Assembly: GCA_023453665.1 (NCBI GenBank)
Contig: JAEXTA010000089.1
Span: 64,846 to 128,845, forward strand
Direction: 5' to 3'
Length of the DNA: 64,000 nucleotides
From: Bacteroidota bacterium
Lineage (GTDB): Bacteria; Bacteroidota; Ignavibacteria; Ignavibacteriales; Ignavibacteriaceae
The first letter of the stretch is position 1. Each line of letters begins with the position of its first letter. Below are positions 54,832 to 63,744 of the stretch, piece by piece. Made by a program: the position numbers and the translations under genes. A model generated the notes under the pieces. It was not told the origin of the DNA. It made no database searches and was given only the letters and a program-made list of their open reading frames with translations.

Positions 54832-55248
54832 TTACTTTCTGTACTGTGTGCGGATAGTATAGATGTTATCCTTATGTGCCTGGAAATGTTTTACAACTTC
54901 TGCAAAAGCACCCGGGTGACGTTTATTTCCTCTTTCAACATATTCATCCCAGAATTTATCAAAGGAAGTCATGTCTTTTGCTGTGTACCAGAAGTTAAGA
55001 TTCCATTCATCTCCCCAGTTATGAACGAACTGTCCGAAACTATAAATGTAACCTTCATCTACAAGCTCTCTAAGAATAGGAACAAATATTGAGTCAACTA
55101 TTTTATTCACTTTTCCTGTTTCACTCATTGGAACCATGTTAAAGCTTGTTATAAGCAACGGGCGTTCATCATTTTGAGCAAAGTTTTTTTCACTGAAGAA
55201 GGCCACTACCAATAGTAAGATCGCAGATATTTTAGCTAATTGTTTCAT
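54832..55248 (-). CDS. Small exported hypothetical protein
   Basis: ATG at 55248 with GGAG upstream (the track uses GTG at 55257). Signal peptide ending FAQ. Confidence 0.6.
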   Translation of the reverse strand: MKQLAKISAILLLVVAFFSEKNFAQNDERPLLITSFNMVPMSETGKVNKIVDSIFVPILRELVDEGYIYSFGQFVHNWGDEWNLNFWYTAKDMTSFDKFWDEYVERGNKRHPGAFAEVVKHFQAHKDNIYTIRTQYRK

Positions 55249-55286
55249 CGCACTCACTCCTTTTATTATTTGTTTTTATTGCAAGG

Positions 55287-55754
55287 TTAATTAATGGGTT
55301 TAAGAGTTACACCGCGAAAATATTTTGTGCCTATAAATTTTCTCATTTCAAATCGGGTGGAAATGAGATCACTTATTTTATCCTGATCTTTTATTTTAAA
55401 ATGTTTAGCGGCTATTTCGTTCACCTTATCTTCTTTGCTCTGGTCAAAATCAAGTGCATCGCCGAAACTTTTAAAAACATTTCCTACTGCTACATCCCAA
55501 TCTTCGGGACTTGCAGGGTCATTGATTAGTATGTAATAATCAAGAATGAGTCCCTGTTTTTTAGCTTCCTCCTGTTGTGGAAGAACATTAGCACGAAGGT
55601 ATTTCATATAATTATCAAACTGACCCGGCATTGTTCTATAAAAACTTACTACGCGAACATTGTTTATTGAAAAATGTTCCTGCGCAAATGATGTTGAAGA
55701 ATAAACGCCCATCAACATTATAAAAGCGAATGTGATTTTTAATTTTGAAAACAA
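55287..55754 (-). CDS. Small exported hypothetical protein
   Basis: TTG start 7 nt after AAGGAG. Signal peptide ending SFAQ. Confidence 0.6.
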   Translation of the reverse strand: MFSKLKITFAFIMLMGVYSSTSFAQEHFSINNVRVVSFYRTMPGQFDNYMKYLRANVLPQQEEAKKQGLILDYYILINDPASPEDWDVAVGNVFKSFGDALDFDQSKEDKVNEIAAKHFKIKDQDKISDLISTRFEMRKFIGTKYFRGVTLKPIN

Positions 55755-55814
55755 GATGCATCTCCTTTATAGTTTTTTAGTTTAGGAAAATTTTATTTGT
55801 TGAACACTTCGTTA

Positions 55815-56282
55815 CTAATCATTCTTTTTAACTTCGCCGCCATGGTCTCCAACAAGCATCCACTTGCCGTTTTTCTTCATTAGTATATCCGTCCAGCGTC
55901 CTCTTTCTGTATTTGGTTTACCGTCAGAACTTTCATTCACTTGAACATAATAGTAGTGCGCATAGGCGAAGTCGCCGTTAACCCATATTTTTGCAGGCGT
56001 GATTATGTAATACTGCATTTTGCCCTTGGTGAACCAGTATGCTAATGATTTTTTAGCATCTGCTTTGCCACCCGGAGTTTCATTTTCATAAGACCAGCCG
56101 AGGTACGAATCATCAAAATAATCTAAGAAAGACATTGGATTGCTCGATCCGCTTGCGGCCCAGTACTCTTCAATGCCTGCCCAAACTGATTTTTGTTCGG
56201 GTGACCATTGCTGTGCATTACTGATCTGTGAAAAGAGAATTATAGAAAAGAACAAAACGAACATTGAAAGTGACTGTTTCAT
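55815..56282 (-). CDS. Exported NTF2-like (SnoaL/DUF4440-type) protein
   Basis: Signal peptide ending NAQ. C-terminal GRWTDILMKKNGKWMLVGDHG is typical of the DUF4440/SnoaL-like cone fold. AAGGAG RBS. Confidence 0.6.
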   Translation of the reverse strand: MKQSLSMFVLFFSIILFSQISNAQQWSPEQKSVWAGIEEYWAASGSSNPMSFLDYFDDSYLGWSYENETPGGKADAKKSLAYWFTKGKMQYYIITPAKIWVNGDFAYAHYYYVQVNESSDGKPNTERGRWTDILMKKNGKWMLVGDHGGEVKKND

Positions 56283-56339
56283 AACTACTCCTTAATGTTT
56301 TGTGAATTTTATTTTTGAACGAGAACTATTGTTTAATTT

Positions 56340-56825
56340 TCATTTTGACATGTGCGCTTCCAGCTCTATTTCAATCATGAATTCCGGCAGCGCCAATCCT
56401 TTTACTTCCAGCCATGATCCCGTGGGAAAATTCTTTTTATAAATATCATTTCTATAAGCAGCTTGATTTAAAAACTCAGCCATGTTAGTTGTGAAAATAT
56501 TTTCAACCACGACATCGTCGAATGTATAACCGTAATGCGTTAAAACTTTTTCAAGGTCGGAATAACAGTTTATCATTTGCTGCCGTAAATCACCGACTGC
56601 AGTCGGGGCCCCGGAATCATTCATACTCACAGCCCCGGATACAATCAAATAGTTTCCAATTCGTACAGCATGTGAATACCCGTAAGCTTTTTCAACCTCA
56701 GGACGTAAAAGAAAATATTCCTGTGTTTTTGTTTCTTCTTTTGTCTGTTCTGTCTTTTCTTTATTTGTACACGAGCTGAGAATTAAAACAAATGAAATCA
56801 GTAAAATTGTTGTAAGAATTTTCAT
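56340..56825 (-). CDS. RidA/YjgF-family protein with a lipoprotein signal peptide
   Basis: Lipobox LSSC at residues 15-18. RidA-like core (VRIGNYLIVSGAVS..., C-terminal IEIELEA). Confidence 0.7.
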   Translation of the reverse strand: MKILTTILLISFVLILSSCTNKEKTEQTKEETKTQEYFLLRPEVEKAYGYSHAVRIGNYLIVSGAVSMNDSGAPTAVGDLRQQMINCYSDLEKVLTHYGYTFDDVVVENIFTTNMAEFLNQAAYRNDIYKKNFPTGSWLEVKGLALPEFMIEIELEAHMSK

Positions 56826-56874
56826 ACCTGGTATTCCTGTTTGGTTTTAAGTTGATAGATTATGTGTTTATTCT

Positions 56875-57315
56875 TCATCTTCCGCTAAGCCATAATTCAA
56901 AACTTTTATTTGATTCGCCGGATGCATATTTCCAATCAGGCTTTAAGCGCAAACCGCTGCTGCTTCTCCAGATAAATTCTGTTACTGCATTAATATCTTT
57001 TGGGTTTAAAATCTTTATTGCTATTAGTTTTTTGTTTCCTGCTTCAATCTTTAATATTTCTGATTCAATATTTTGTACAAGAAGTGTGTTGTGAATGACT
57101 TCTGCCTGTCTTGCATCGTAAGTCGCCCAAACGATACCGTTTATTCCTGATAGAAAAATATTTTCATCAAGAGTAAGTGAAAGTTCCACCGAAGTTCCCG
57201 CAGGCAGTTTTGGAAAGTTGGTGTCGCTTAAATCTTGCCACAAAATTGTTCTTAGCGAGTTAAGCACAATTTTTCCTTCTGGCTGATAAATACCTTTTGT
57301 TCGTAGAATATCCAC
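56875..57315 (-). CDS. Hypothetical protein
   Basis: 146-aa ORF with a GTG start. No signal peptide or recognisable motif. First gene downstream of the heptamer array. Confidence 0.5.
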   Translation of the reverse strand: MDILRTKGIYQPEGKIVLNSLRTILWQDLSDTNFPKLPAGTSVELSLTLDENIFLSGINGIVWATYDARQAEVIHNTLLVQNIESEILKIEAGNKKLIAIKILNPKDINAVTEFIWRSSSGLRLKPDWKYASGESNKSFELWLSGR

Positions 57316-57432
57316 TTTGTTAATTGCGCTGGTTTTTATTTAGAAAAATGACGGGACAAAAGTAGGCGAAAGGGGGTGCGTTATCTTGTACTATTAACGC
57401 AATTGTTTGGACTTTTTTGTCAATTTCAACAT

Positions 57433-57526
57433 TTCTAAGTGTTTCTTAGTGCTCTAAGTGTCTTCGTAGTGAACAAGATTTTAATTTACCACTAAGTCAC
57501 TAAGGACACTTAGTTACACTAAGAGT
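57433..57526. repeat. Array of eight CT(A/T)AGTG-like heptamers, four forward then four inverted
   Basis: Forward: CTAAGTG, CTTAGTG, CTAAGTG, CGTAGTG (57435-57475). Inverted: CACTAAG, CACTAAG, CACTTAG, CACTAAG (57490-57523). Confidence 0.8.
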
Positions 57527-57542
57527 TAAAAACGAATATAGA

Positions 57543-60500
57543 TTACTGTGTTTTATATTCAGATGGCGACACACCAAACTGCTTTTTAAACGCCCGGGAA
57601 AAATACGCCTGGTCATTAAAACCAACCTTGTAACAAATTTCTGCAACTGTTCCCGCGTTTTGCTTTAGTAAATCAGCAGCATGTTGAAGACGGAAAGATC
57701 TTATTAATTGTCCGGGAGGCTGATCGATAAGCGCATTTAATTTTCTTGTAAGCTGTGAGACGCTCATATTCATTTTTTCAGCAAGAGTTTCAACCCCGAA
57801 TTGTTCTTCCTCAAAATTAGTTTCAATTAATTTTGTCACCTTTTCAAGAAATATTCTGTCAACAGAATTAGCCGAAACCTCTGAGGGTTTGATTAAAGTT
57901 GATGTGCTGAATTTTTTCCTGAGCAGCGACCTTTGATAGATTAAATTCTTTACTCTTACTCTAAGCTCTTTTGCGCTGAATGGTTTTGTAAGATAGTCAT
58001 CAATACCGGTTTCAAGTCCTTCAATCCTGTCGTCAAGTCCCGCCTTTGCCGTAAGCATAATAATAGGTATGTGGCTTGTCTTTTCATCATGCCTGATTTC
58101 TTTACTTAGTTGATACCCATCTTTCTTCGGCATCATTACATCTGTTATAATTAGATCCGGAATTTCTTTTTGAGCAATAAGTAATGCTTCCTCACCATTC
58201 ATCGCTTCATAAATTTTATACTGAGCCTCTAACTGTTCACGAATATATGCACGTACATCTGCGTTATCCTCGGCTATCAAAATAATCTCAGGCTGGATTT
58301 GGAGAGTTGGGGGTTGGATATTGGTGATTGGAGTTAGTCCCGATTCAGAGAGATTAACTTCATCTAGAGTTTTTTCTTCATAAGATTTGTTTACAGACAA
58401 GTCAATGAATTTTTCTTTTGTGTTCTTTAAATCACCGCAAGGAAAAGTTATTATAAATTCCGAACCTTTGTTCTCTGTGCTGCTTACTGATATTTTTCCT
58501 CTGTGTAATTCCACTAATTCTTTCGTAAGCGCCAAACCAATTCCTGTTCCTTCGTGTTCGCGGGTCATTGAATTGTCAACCTGGTAAAAACGGTCAAAGA
58601 TATGCGGAAGCCTGTCCGCAGGTATTCCAATGCCGGAATCTTTGACACTGATTTCAATAAAATCTTTTATGTTGTAATCCCGAACCTGCCCGACCGGCAG
58701 GCGGGCTTGTTTCGGGATCTCCCATTTTATGGAAGATGCTGAAATAAATTCATTATGACGTACGATTATTGAAACTTTTATTTCACCCGGTGATGATGTA
58801 AACTTGAATGCATTCGATATAAGATTAAAAAATATTTTTTCCATTTTATCCGGGTCAAACGCGAGCTGAATATTTTCACATTCCGATTCAAAAAGAAGTG
58901 TTATATTTTTTTCTTCCGCCATAGATTCAAATGAATAAAAAAGACTTTTAAGAAACGAGACTATGTTATGCTGTTCTGAATTTAACTCCATGCTGCCTGC
59001 TTCAAGTTTAGATAAATCCAATAACTGATTGATCAATGTCAGTAAACGTCTTGCGTTCCTGTTTGCAACCTGCAGCTTCCCTTTTTCTTTTGTTTCAATG
59101 TCTGAAGTCATAACGCTTTCAATCTGCCCGAGAATTAATGTAAGCGGTGTACGAAACTCATGCGAGATGTTCGCAAAGAAATGTGATTTAACCTGGTCAA
59201 GATTTCTCAGTGAATCTGTTTCAACTTTTTCAAGTTTTAACTGGTTTTTAAGTTTTATTCTGTTCAATTCATATTTTCTTATCCAGTAAAGTCCCGAAAT
59301 AAATAATAATCCATCTACAACATAAGCCCACCAGGTGCCCCACCAGGGCGGCGTAACGATAATAGTAATTTTTATTCCTTCTTCATTCCATATACCATCA
59401 TTGTTCGAACCTTTAACACGAAAAACATATTCGCCGGGGGAAAGATTTGTGTATGTTGCCGTTCTTACTGTGCCTGAATTAATCCATTCGTTGTTAAAGT
59501 TTTCAAGCATATAAGCATATTGATTTTTTTCAGGTGCGGAATAGTCCAGGGCAGCAAATTCTAATTGTATAAAATCTTCATCATACGATAAGTTTATATT
59601 TTTTATTTCGGAAATGATTTGCTGTATGGATGTTTCTTTTTCTTTTGATGATGATGAGTTGTTAAAGATTTTAAATCCAGTTAACACGATTTCCGGTTTG
59701 AATGGATTTTCTTTTATTAATTCAGGATAGAAATAATTTAAACCATTTATGCCGCCAAAGAAAAATTCACCTTTTTTGCTTTTATAAAACGCGCCCGTAT
59801 TAAATTCATTGCTTTGCAGCCCGTCACTTACATTAAAATTTCTGAATGATTTTGTTTTAATGTTAAATCGCGAAAGCCCTTTGTTTGTGCTCAACCATAA
59901 ATTGCCGCTGGCATCACTTAAAATCCCGTATACAACATTATTTGGTAAACCATCTGCTTCTGTGTAATGTTCAAACTTTTCTGTTTCAATATTAAATTTG
60001 TTTAAACCGCCTCCGCCTGTACCAATCCATAAATATTTTTCAGGCTCATACGGATCAGCACAAATTGATTTAACATTATTTTCATTTAGGCTTTGCGGAT
60101 CAGACGCATCTGTGTTGTAGTGTGTTATCAATTCAGACGCAGAGTTAAAATGTGTTAACCCATACTTTGTGCCTAACCAGAAGTTTTTCTGTTGATCTTC
60201 GTGAATCACAGCTCTTAAGTTTTCGTTACTCTCGTGATGGTCTTGTCTTAATTTATGTCTTTTGAATATTCCTTTTTCACGGTCGATCAAACGACAAAAA
60301 TAATTTTCTGTTGCTATCCAGATTCTTTTTTGTGAATCTTCAATCACAGCGCTTACATTTTTTTGAGGCAACCCGGATTGGTCTTTGTAATTGTATTTAT
60401 ATAAACGAACACCTCCATTTGCGGGATCGTATCTGAATAAACCCTCGGTTGAGCAAACCCATATTTTTCCGTCGGATGAATTGATCATTGAAAACCCGCC

Positions 60501-61799
60501 TGTGTTACCAAAAGCGTCAATATCATAAGAAGTTTTTTCAAAGCTCCTTAGCTCATCGGTGGTGCGCTTCCATCTGTATAGAACTTCTGTGCTTATCCAG
60601 ATATTTTCGTCGTCGTCTTCAACAATTGAACGAATGCTGAAACCCGTTACTCTCGATGAAGATTCTTTTTTTCTTTTATAAGTTGAAAACCTGTTCGCTT
60701 TAGGATCATAAATATTAATTCCGCCGCCGGCTGTACCAACCCAGACAATTCCTGTTTTGTCGAGGCATAAACTTGAAACCAAATTATAGCTCAGGCTTTT
60801 AATATCGAAAGGATCATTTCTTATATAACTGTATGATTTTGTTTGTGTATCGAAGATCATAAGTTCTGCCGCGGTGCCAAGCCACAACTTACCGTTGCGG
60901 TCTTCAATAATATCGCGTATAACTCCCCAGCCATACCTGAACACATCGTAGTGATGCGGATAAGTTTGATAGTGTCCATTTTCTCTTTCAAATAAAACTA
61001 ACCCGCTCAAATTACCAAGCCATAGATTTCGTTTACTATCTTCATAAATTGATGTGACGCTGGTTTCGTTAGGATCAAATGGCGCCGCAGGATTTTTGCT
61101 TCTAATAACATATTCAGTGAAACGTTTTTTTGTTTTATCAAATTTACTCAGACCGTTTTCAGTTCCTGCCCAAAGTATTCCTTCAGAATCTACAAAGAGC
61201 GAATAAACTTTGCTGCTGCCTAAATCCGATTCAATGTTATAATTATTGATATTCTTAATTGAAGTTTTATTTTGTTGATTATACTGAACAGACAGTCTAA
61301 ACAATCCATTGCCATTTGTTCCTATCCAGATATTTGAATCTTTATCCCGAACAATAGAAGTAACCTCTGAAGAAATGTTTTCGTTTTCATCTGAATTCAG
61401 ATTAATTCTTTTAAAAGATCCGTTGAGAGGATTATAAATACAAATACCGCCATCAACAGTTCCGACCCATATTAATCCGCTTGAGTCTTCGAAGAGCGCT
61501 GAAATATTATTTGAAGAAATTGTTGTTGAATCAAAGGGGTTGTGACTGAAGACAGAGAAAGAATATCCGTCATAACGATTTAAGCCATCGCTTGTTCCAA
61601 ACCACATAAATCCCCGTCTGTCCTGTAGAATTGCGAACACTGCATTCTGTGACAGACCGTCATTGATAGTAAGATGCCTGAAATTAATTGACTGGGCAAA
61701 AAGAATGCTGCTGTAGATGTACAGCAGCATAAAGAAAGGTAATGTTGCTTTTTTAAATGCGGAACAATACAGTGTAAAAGAAAAATTACCGGATCGCAT
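57543..61799 (-). CDS. Hybrid two-component system regulator (propeller sensor + Y_Y_Y + HisKA/HATPase + REC + AraC HTH)
   Basis: Propeller repeats (W(I/V)GT..GL). TM (WWAYVVDGLLFISGLYWI). H-box (ISHEFRTPLT). DSGIGIP and GTGIGLA boxes. Receiver (LIAEDNADV...DVMMPKKDG). C-terminal AraC-type HTH (GFNDQAYFSRAFKKQFGVSPSEYK). Confidence 0.9.
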   Translation of the reverse strand: MRSGNFSFTLYCSAFKKATLPFFMLLYIYSSILFAQSINFRHLTINDGLSQNAVFAILQDRRGFMWFGTSDGLNRYDGYSFSVFSHNPFDSTTISSNNISALFEDSSGLIWVGTVDGGICIYNPLNGSFKRINLNSDENENISSEVTSIVRDKDSNIWIGTNGNGLFRLSVQYNQQNKTSIKNINNYNIESDLGSSKVYSLFVDSEGILWAGTENGLSKFDKTKKRFTEYVIRSKNPAAPFDPNETSVTSIYEDSKRNLWLGNLSGLVLFERENGHYQTYPHHYDVFRYGWGVIRDIIEDRNGKLWLGTAAELMIFDTQTKSYSYIRNDPFDIKSLSYNLVSSLCLDKTGIVWVGTAGGGINIYDPKANRFSTYKRKKESSSRVTGFSIRSIVEDDDENIWISTEVLYRWKRTTDELRSFEKTSYDIDAFGNTGGFSMINSSDGKIWVCSTEGLFRYDPANGGVRLYKYNYKDQSGLPQKNVSAVIEDSQKRIWIATENYFCRLIDREKGIFKRHKLRQDHHESNENLRAVIHEDQQKNFWLGTKYGLTHFNSASELITHYNTDASDPQSLNENNVKSICADPYEPEKYLWIGTGGGGLNKFNIETEKFEHYTEADGLPNNVVYGILSDASGNLWLSTNKGLSRFNIKTKSFRNFNVSDGLQSNEFNTGAFYKSKKGEFFFGGINGLNYFYPELIKENPFKPEIVLTGFKIFNNSSSSKEKETSIQQIISEIKNINLSYDEDFIQLEFAALDYSAPEKNQYAYMLENFNNEWINSGTVRTATYTNLSPGEYVFRVKGSNNDGIWNEEGIKITIIVTPPWWGTWWAYVVDGLLFISGLYWIRKYELNRIKLKNQLKLEKVETDSLRNLDQVKSHFFANISHEFRTPLTLILGQIESVMTSDIETKEKGKLQVANRNARRLLTLINQLLDLSKLEAGSMELNSEQHNIVSFLKSLFYSFESMAEEKNITLLFESECENIQLAFDPDKMEKIFFNLISNAFKFTSSPGEIKVSIIVRHNEFISASSIKWEIPKQARLPVGQVRDYNIKDFIEISVKDSGIGIPADRLPHIFDRFYQVDNSMTREHEGTGIGLALTKELVELHRGKISVSSTENKGSEFIITFPCGDLKNTKEKFIDLSVNKSYEEKTLDEVNLSESGLTPITNIQPPTLQIQPEIILIAEDNADVRAYIREQLEAQYKIYEAMNGEEALLIAQKEIPDLIITDVMMPKKDGYQLSKEIRHDEKTSHIPIIMLTAKAGLDDRIEGLETGIDDYLTKPFSAKELRVRVKNLIYQRSLLRKKFSTSTLIKPSEVSANSVDRIFLEKVTKLIETNFEEEQFGVETLAEKMNMSVSQLTRKLNALIDQPPGQLIRSFRLQHAADLLKQNAGTVAEICYKVGFNDQAYFSRAFKKQFGVSPSEYKTQ
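58677..58718. repeat. GC-rich 42-nt palindromic element embedded in-frame in the HATPase domain
   Basis: ATCCCGAA-CCTGCCCGACCGGCAGGCGGGCTTGT-TTCGGGAT, with an 8-bp outer stem and a nested CCTGCC/GGCAGG stem. Local GC is far above the surrounding sequence. It encodes ...IPKQARLPVGQVRD... Confidence 0.8.
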
Positions 61800-61800
61800 C

Positions 61801-61845
61801 TCTGTAAATTATTTCTGATTAATGTGGTTGAATATAATTTACAGA
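61801..61845. promoter_or_regulatory. Perfect 12-bp inverted repeat abutting the HTCS start codon
   Basis: TCTGTAAATTAT (61801-61812) and ATAATTTACAGA (61834-61845), separated by 21 nt. The start codon is at 61797-61799. Confidence 0.7.
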
Positions 61846-61909
61846 TTATTTGTTCACATAAATAGCGTCATTTAGAATTTTATTAAAGCGCGATTTACTT
61901 AATTCTACA

Positions 61910-63409
61910 TCACTTAATCATCAGCATCTTTTTAGTTTCGACAATATTTCCGGATTCAAGTTTATACAGATAAACTCCGCTTGATAGATTTGAACCATCA
62001 AATGTAATTTCATAATCGCCTGCTTGTTTATTCTCATTTACCAGCGTGGCGACTTCATTGCCCAATACATTATATACTTTCAATATCACATTTGATGTTT
62101 GACCATTCACATTTGCCGGGATCGAATATTTAATCTTTGTCGATGGATTAAATGGATTCGGATAGTTCTGCTCAAGCGAAAATGTTTGAGGAGCTTCAAC
62201 ACTTACTTCTGATTTTAATTCAAAATATTCGAAAGAACCATCAAAGTCTGTCTGTTTTATTCTGTAAGAATATTTTCCTGTTGAAAGATTTTTATCAACG
62301 AAACTATAATTAGTCTGTTCAGTCGTATTTCCTCTTCCTTCAACAAACCCGACTTTGACAAAACCTGAATTGTTAACTTTTCTTTCTAATTCAAATCCCC
62401 TGTTATTTATTTCACTTGCCGTACTCCATTTTAATGTTATTGAACTTCCGTTAACCGATGCAGTGAATGAGTTAAGCTCAACGGGAAGATTTGGATTATC
62501 ATACTTAACTATTGTTCCGTTATCGCCAACTGTCCAGCCTTTTCCGCGATGAAGGAAATATGCTTCATTCAAAGTTGAAGATGAACCGCATGGCTGGCTT
62601 GTCCAGGATTGTCCGCCGTTAGTTGTGAAGAAAATTGTTCCGGCGATACTTACGCCCCATCCGTTATTGGCATCTTTAAAATAAATTCCGTTAACATCAA
62701 AGAAAATTCCCGAGTTGCGTGTAACCCAGTTTTGTCCGCCGTCACTTGTATAAATGAATGTGGAATTGTTACCCCCGGAAAAACCTACATTGTCATTAAT
62801 AAATTGAATATCGTGAAGATCATTACTTGAAACAGGGGCTGTTTGAGTAGTCCAGTTTGAACCAGAGTTAGATGAGTATCTTATTACTCCATCATCACCA
62901 ACCGCCCAGACATTTCCTGAACCCGAAGCTGCGGCTCCTCTGAATCTTGTTGTTGTTCCAGAATTCACCACAGTCCATGATGCGCCATTATCATTGGAGA
63001 CAGCGGCAAGTCCGTCATCACCGGCAGCGAAAACCATATTGCCTGAGCCTGAACTAACTTTGCGGAATTGTTCTGTTGTTCCACTTGAAACAGGACTCCA
63101 GGTAGTCCCGCCATTTACAGTTCTAACAATCGTTCCATTATCACCAACAGCTATCCCGATGTTTGCATCTTTAAATAAAATAGAATTAAGATCATTTCCG
63201 GTTGCTGTAACCTGAGTCCAGTTTTGTCCGGCATTTGTAGTTCGTAATAAAGTTCCTGCATCTCCGCAAACCCAGCCTGTAAGTTCGTCGATCATATAAA
63301 CGTCATTTAATATTTGTGTTGTTCCGGAAGTTTGATATTGCCAGAATTGTGAGTAGCCTGTTGAACAGATTATAACAGAGAAAAGAAGAGTATAAAAATA
63401 CCTTTTCAT
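61910..63409 (-). CDS. T9SS-sorted Ycf48/BNR-like seven-blade propeller + Fn3-like domain
   Basis: Signal peptide. About seven blades (LLRTTNAGQNW, IVRTVNGGTTW, ...). PVELNSFTA...LKWSTASEINNRGFELERK domain. C-terminal NYPNPFNPSTKIKY...KKMLMIK. Confidence 0.85.
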   Translation of the reverse strand: MKRYFYTLLFSVIICSTGYSQFWQYQTSGTTQILNDVYMIDELTGWVCGDAGTLLRTTNAGQNWTQVTATGNDLNSILFKDANIGIAVGDNGTIVRTVNGGTTWSPVSSGTTEQFRKVSSGSGNMVFAAGDDGLAAVSNDNGASWTVVNSGTTTRFRGAAASGSGNVWAVGDDGVIRYSSNSGSNWTTQTAPVSSNDLHDIQFINDNVGFSGGNNSTFIYTSDGGQNWVTRNSGIFFDVNGIYFKDANNGWGVSIAGTIFFTTNGGQSWTSQPCGSSSTLNEAYFLHRGKGWTVGDNGTIVKYDNPNLPVELNSFTASVNGSSITLKWSTASEINNRGFELERKVNNSGFVKVGFVEGRGNTTEQTNYSFVDKNLSTGKYSYRIKQTDFDGSFEYFELKSEVSVEAPQTFSLEQNYPNPFNPSTKIKYSIPANVNGQTSNVILKVYNVLGNEVATLVNENKQAGDYEITFDGSNLSSGVYLYKLESGNIVETKKMLMIK

Positions 63410-63567
63410 ATCACCCTCGTAAGATTATTTGTTGATTGAATTGTTTGAAGATAAAGTATCCGCACAAGATCAAAAGGTGACAATCCATAATATTTTAAGT
63501 GACTCTTACTATTATTTTTTTTTAAGTTTGAACAGAAGATCAGATACAATTAAGCTGGAAAAATAAT

Positions 63568-63729
63568 ATGAGCAAAAAAGTTGAAGTAGCCGGAATTATG
63601 GGTCCGGTATGGTTTATCGGTTGGTTATTTACAATCGGTTTTTTGAAACTTACTTTCTTTAAAGGATTATTAGCACTGGTGATATGGCCTTACTACATAG
63701 GCGATTTCCTTGCCGGTAAAATGGTTTAG
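63568..63729 (+). CDS. Small hydrophobic ORF (53 aa), not in the ORF track
   Basis: My translation: MSKKVEVAGIMGPVWFIGWLFTIGFLKLTFFKGLLALVIWPYYIGDFLAGKMV. Two predicted TM helices. Followed by a terminator. Confidence 0.45.
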   Translation: MSKKVEVAGIMGPVWFIGWLFTIGFLKLTFFKGLLALVIWPYYIGDFLAGKMV

Positions 63730-63744
63730 TTAGTCACTATAAAT

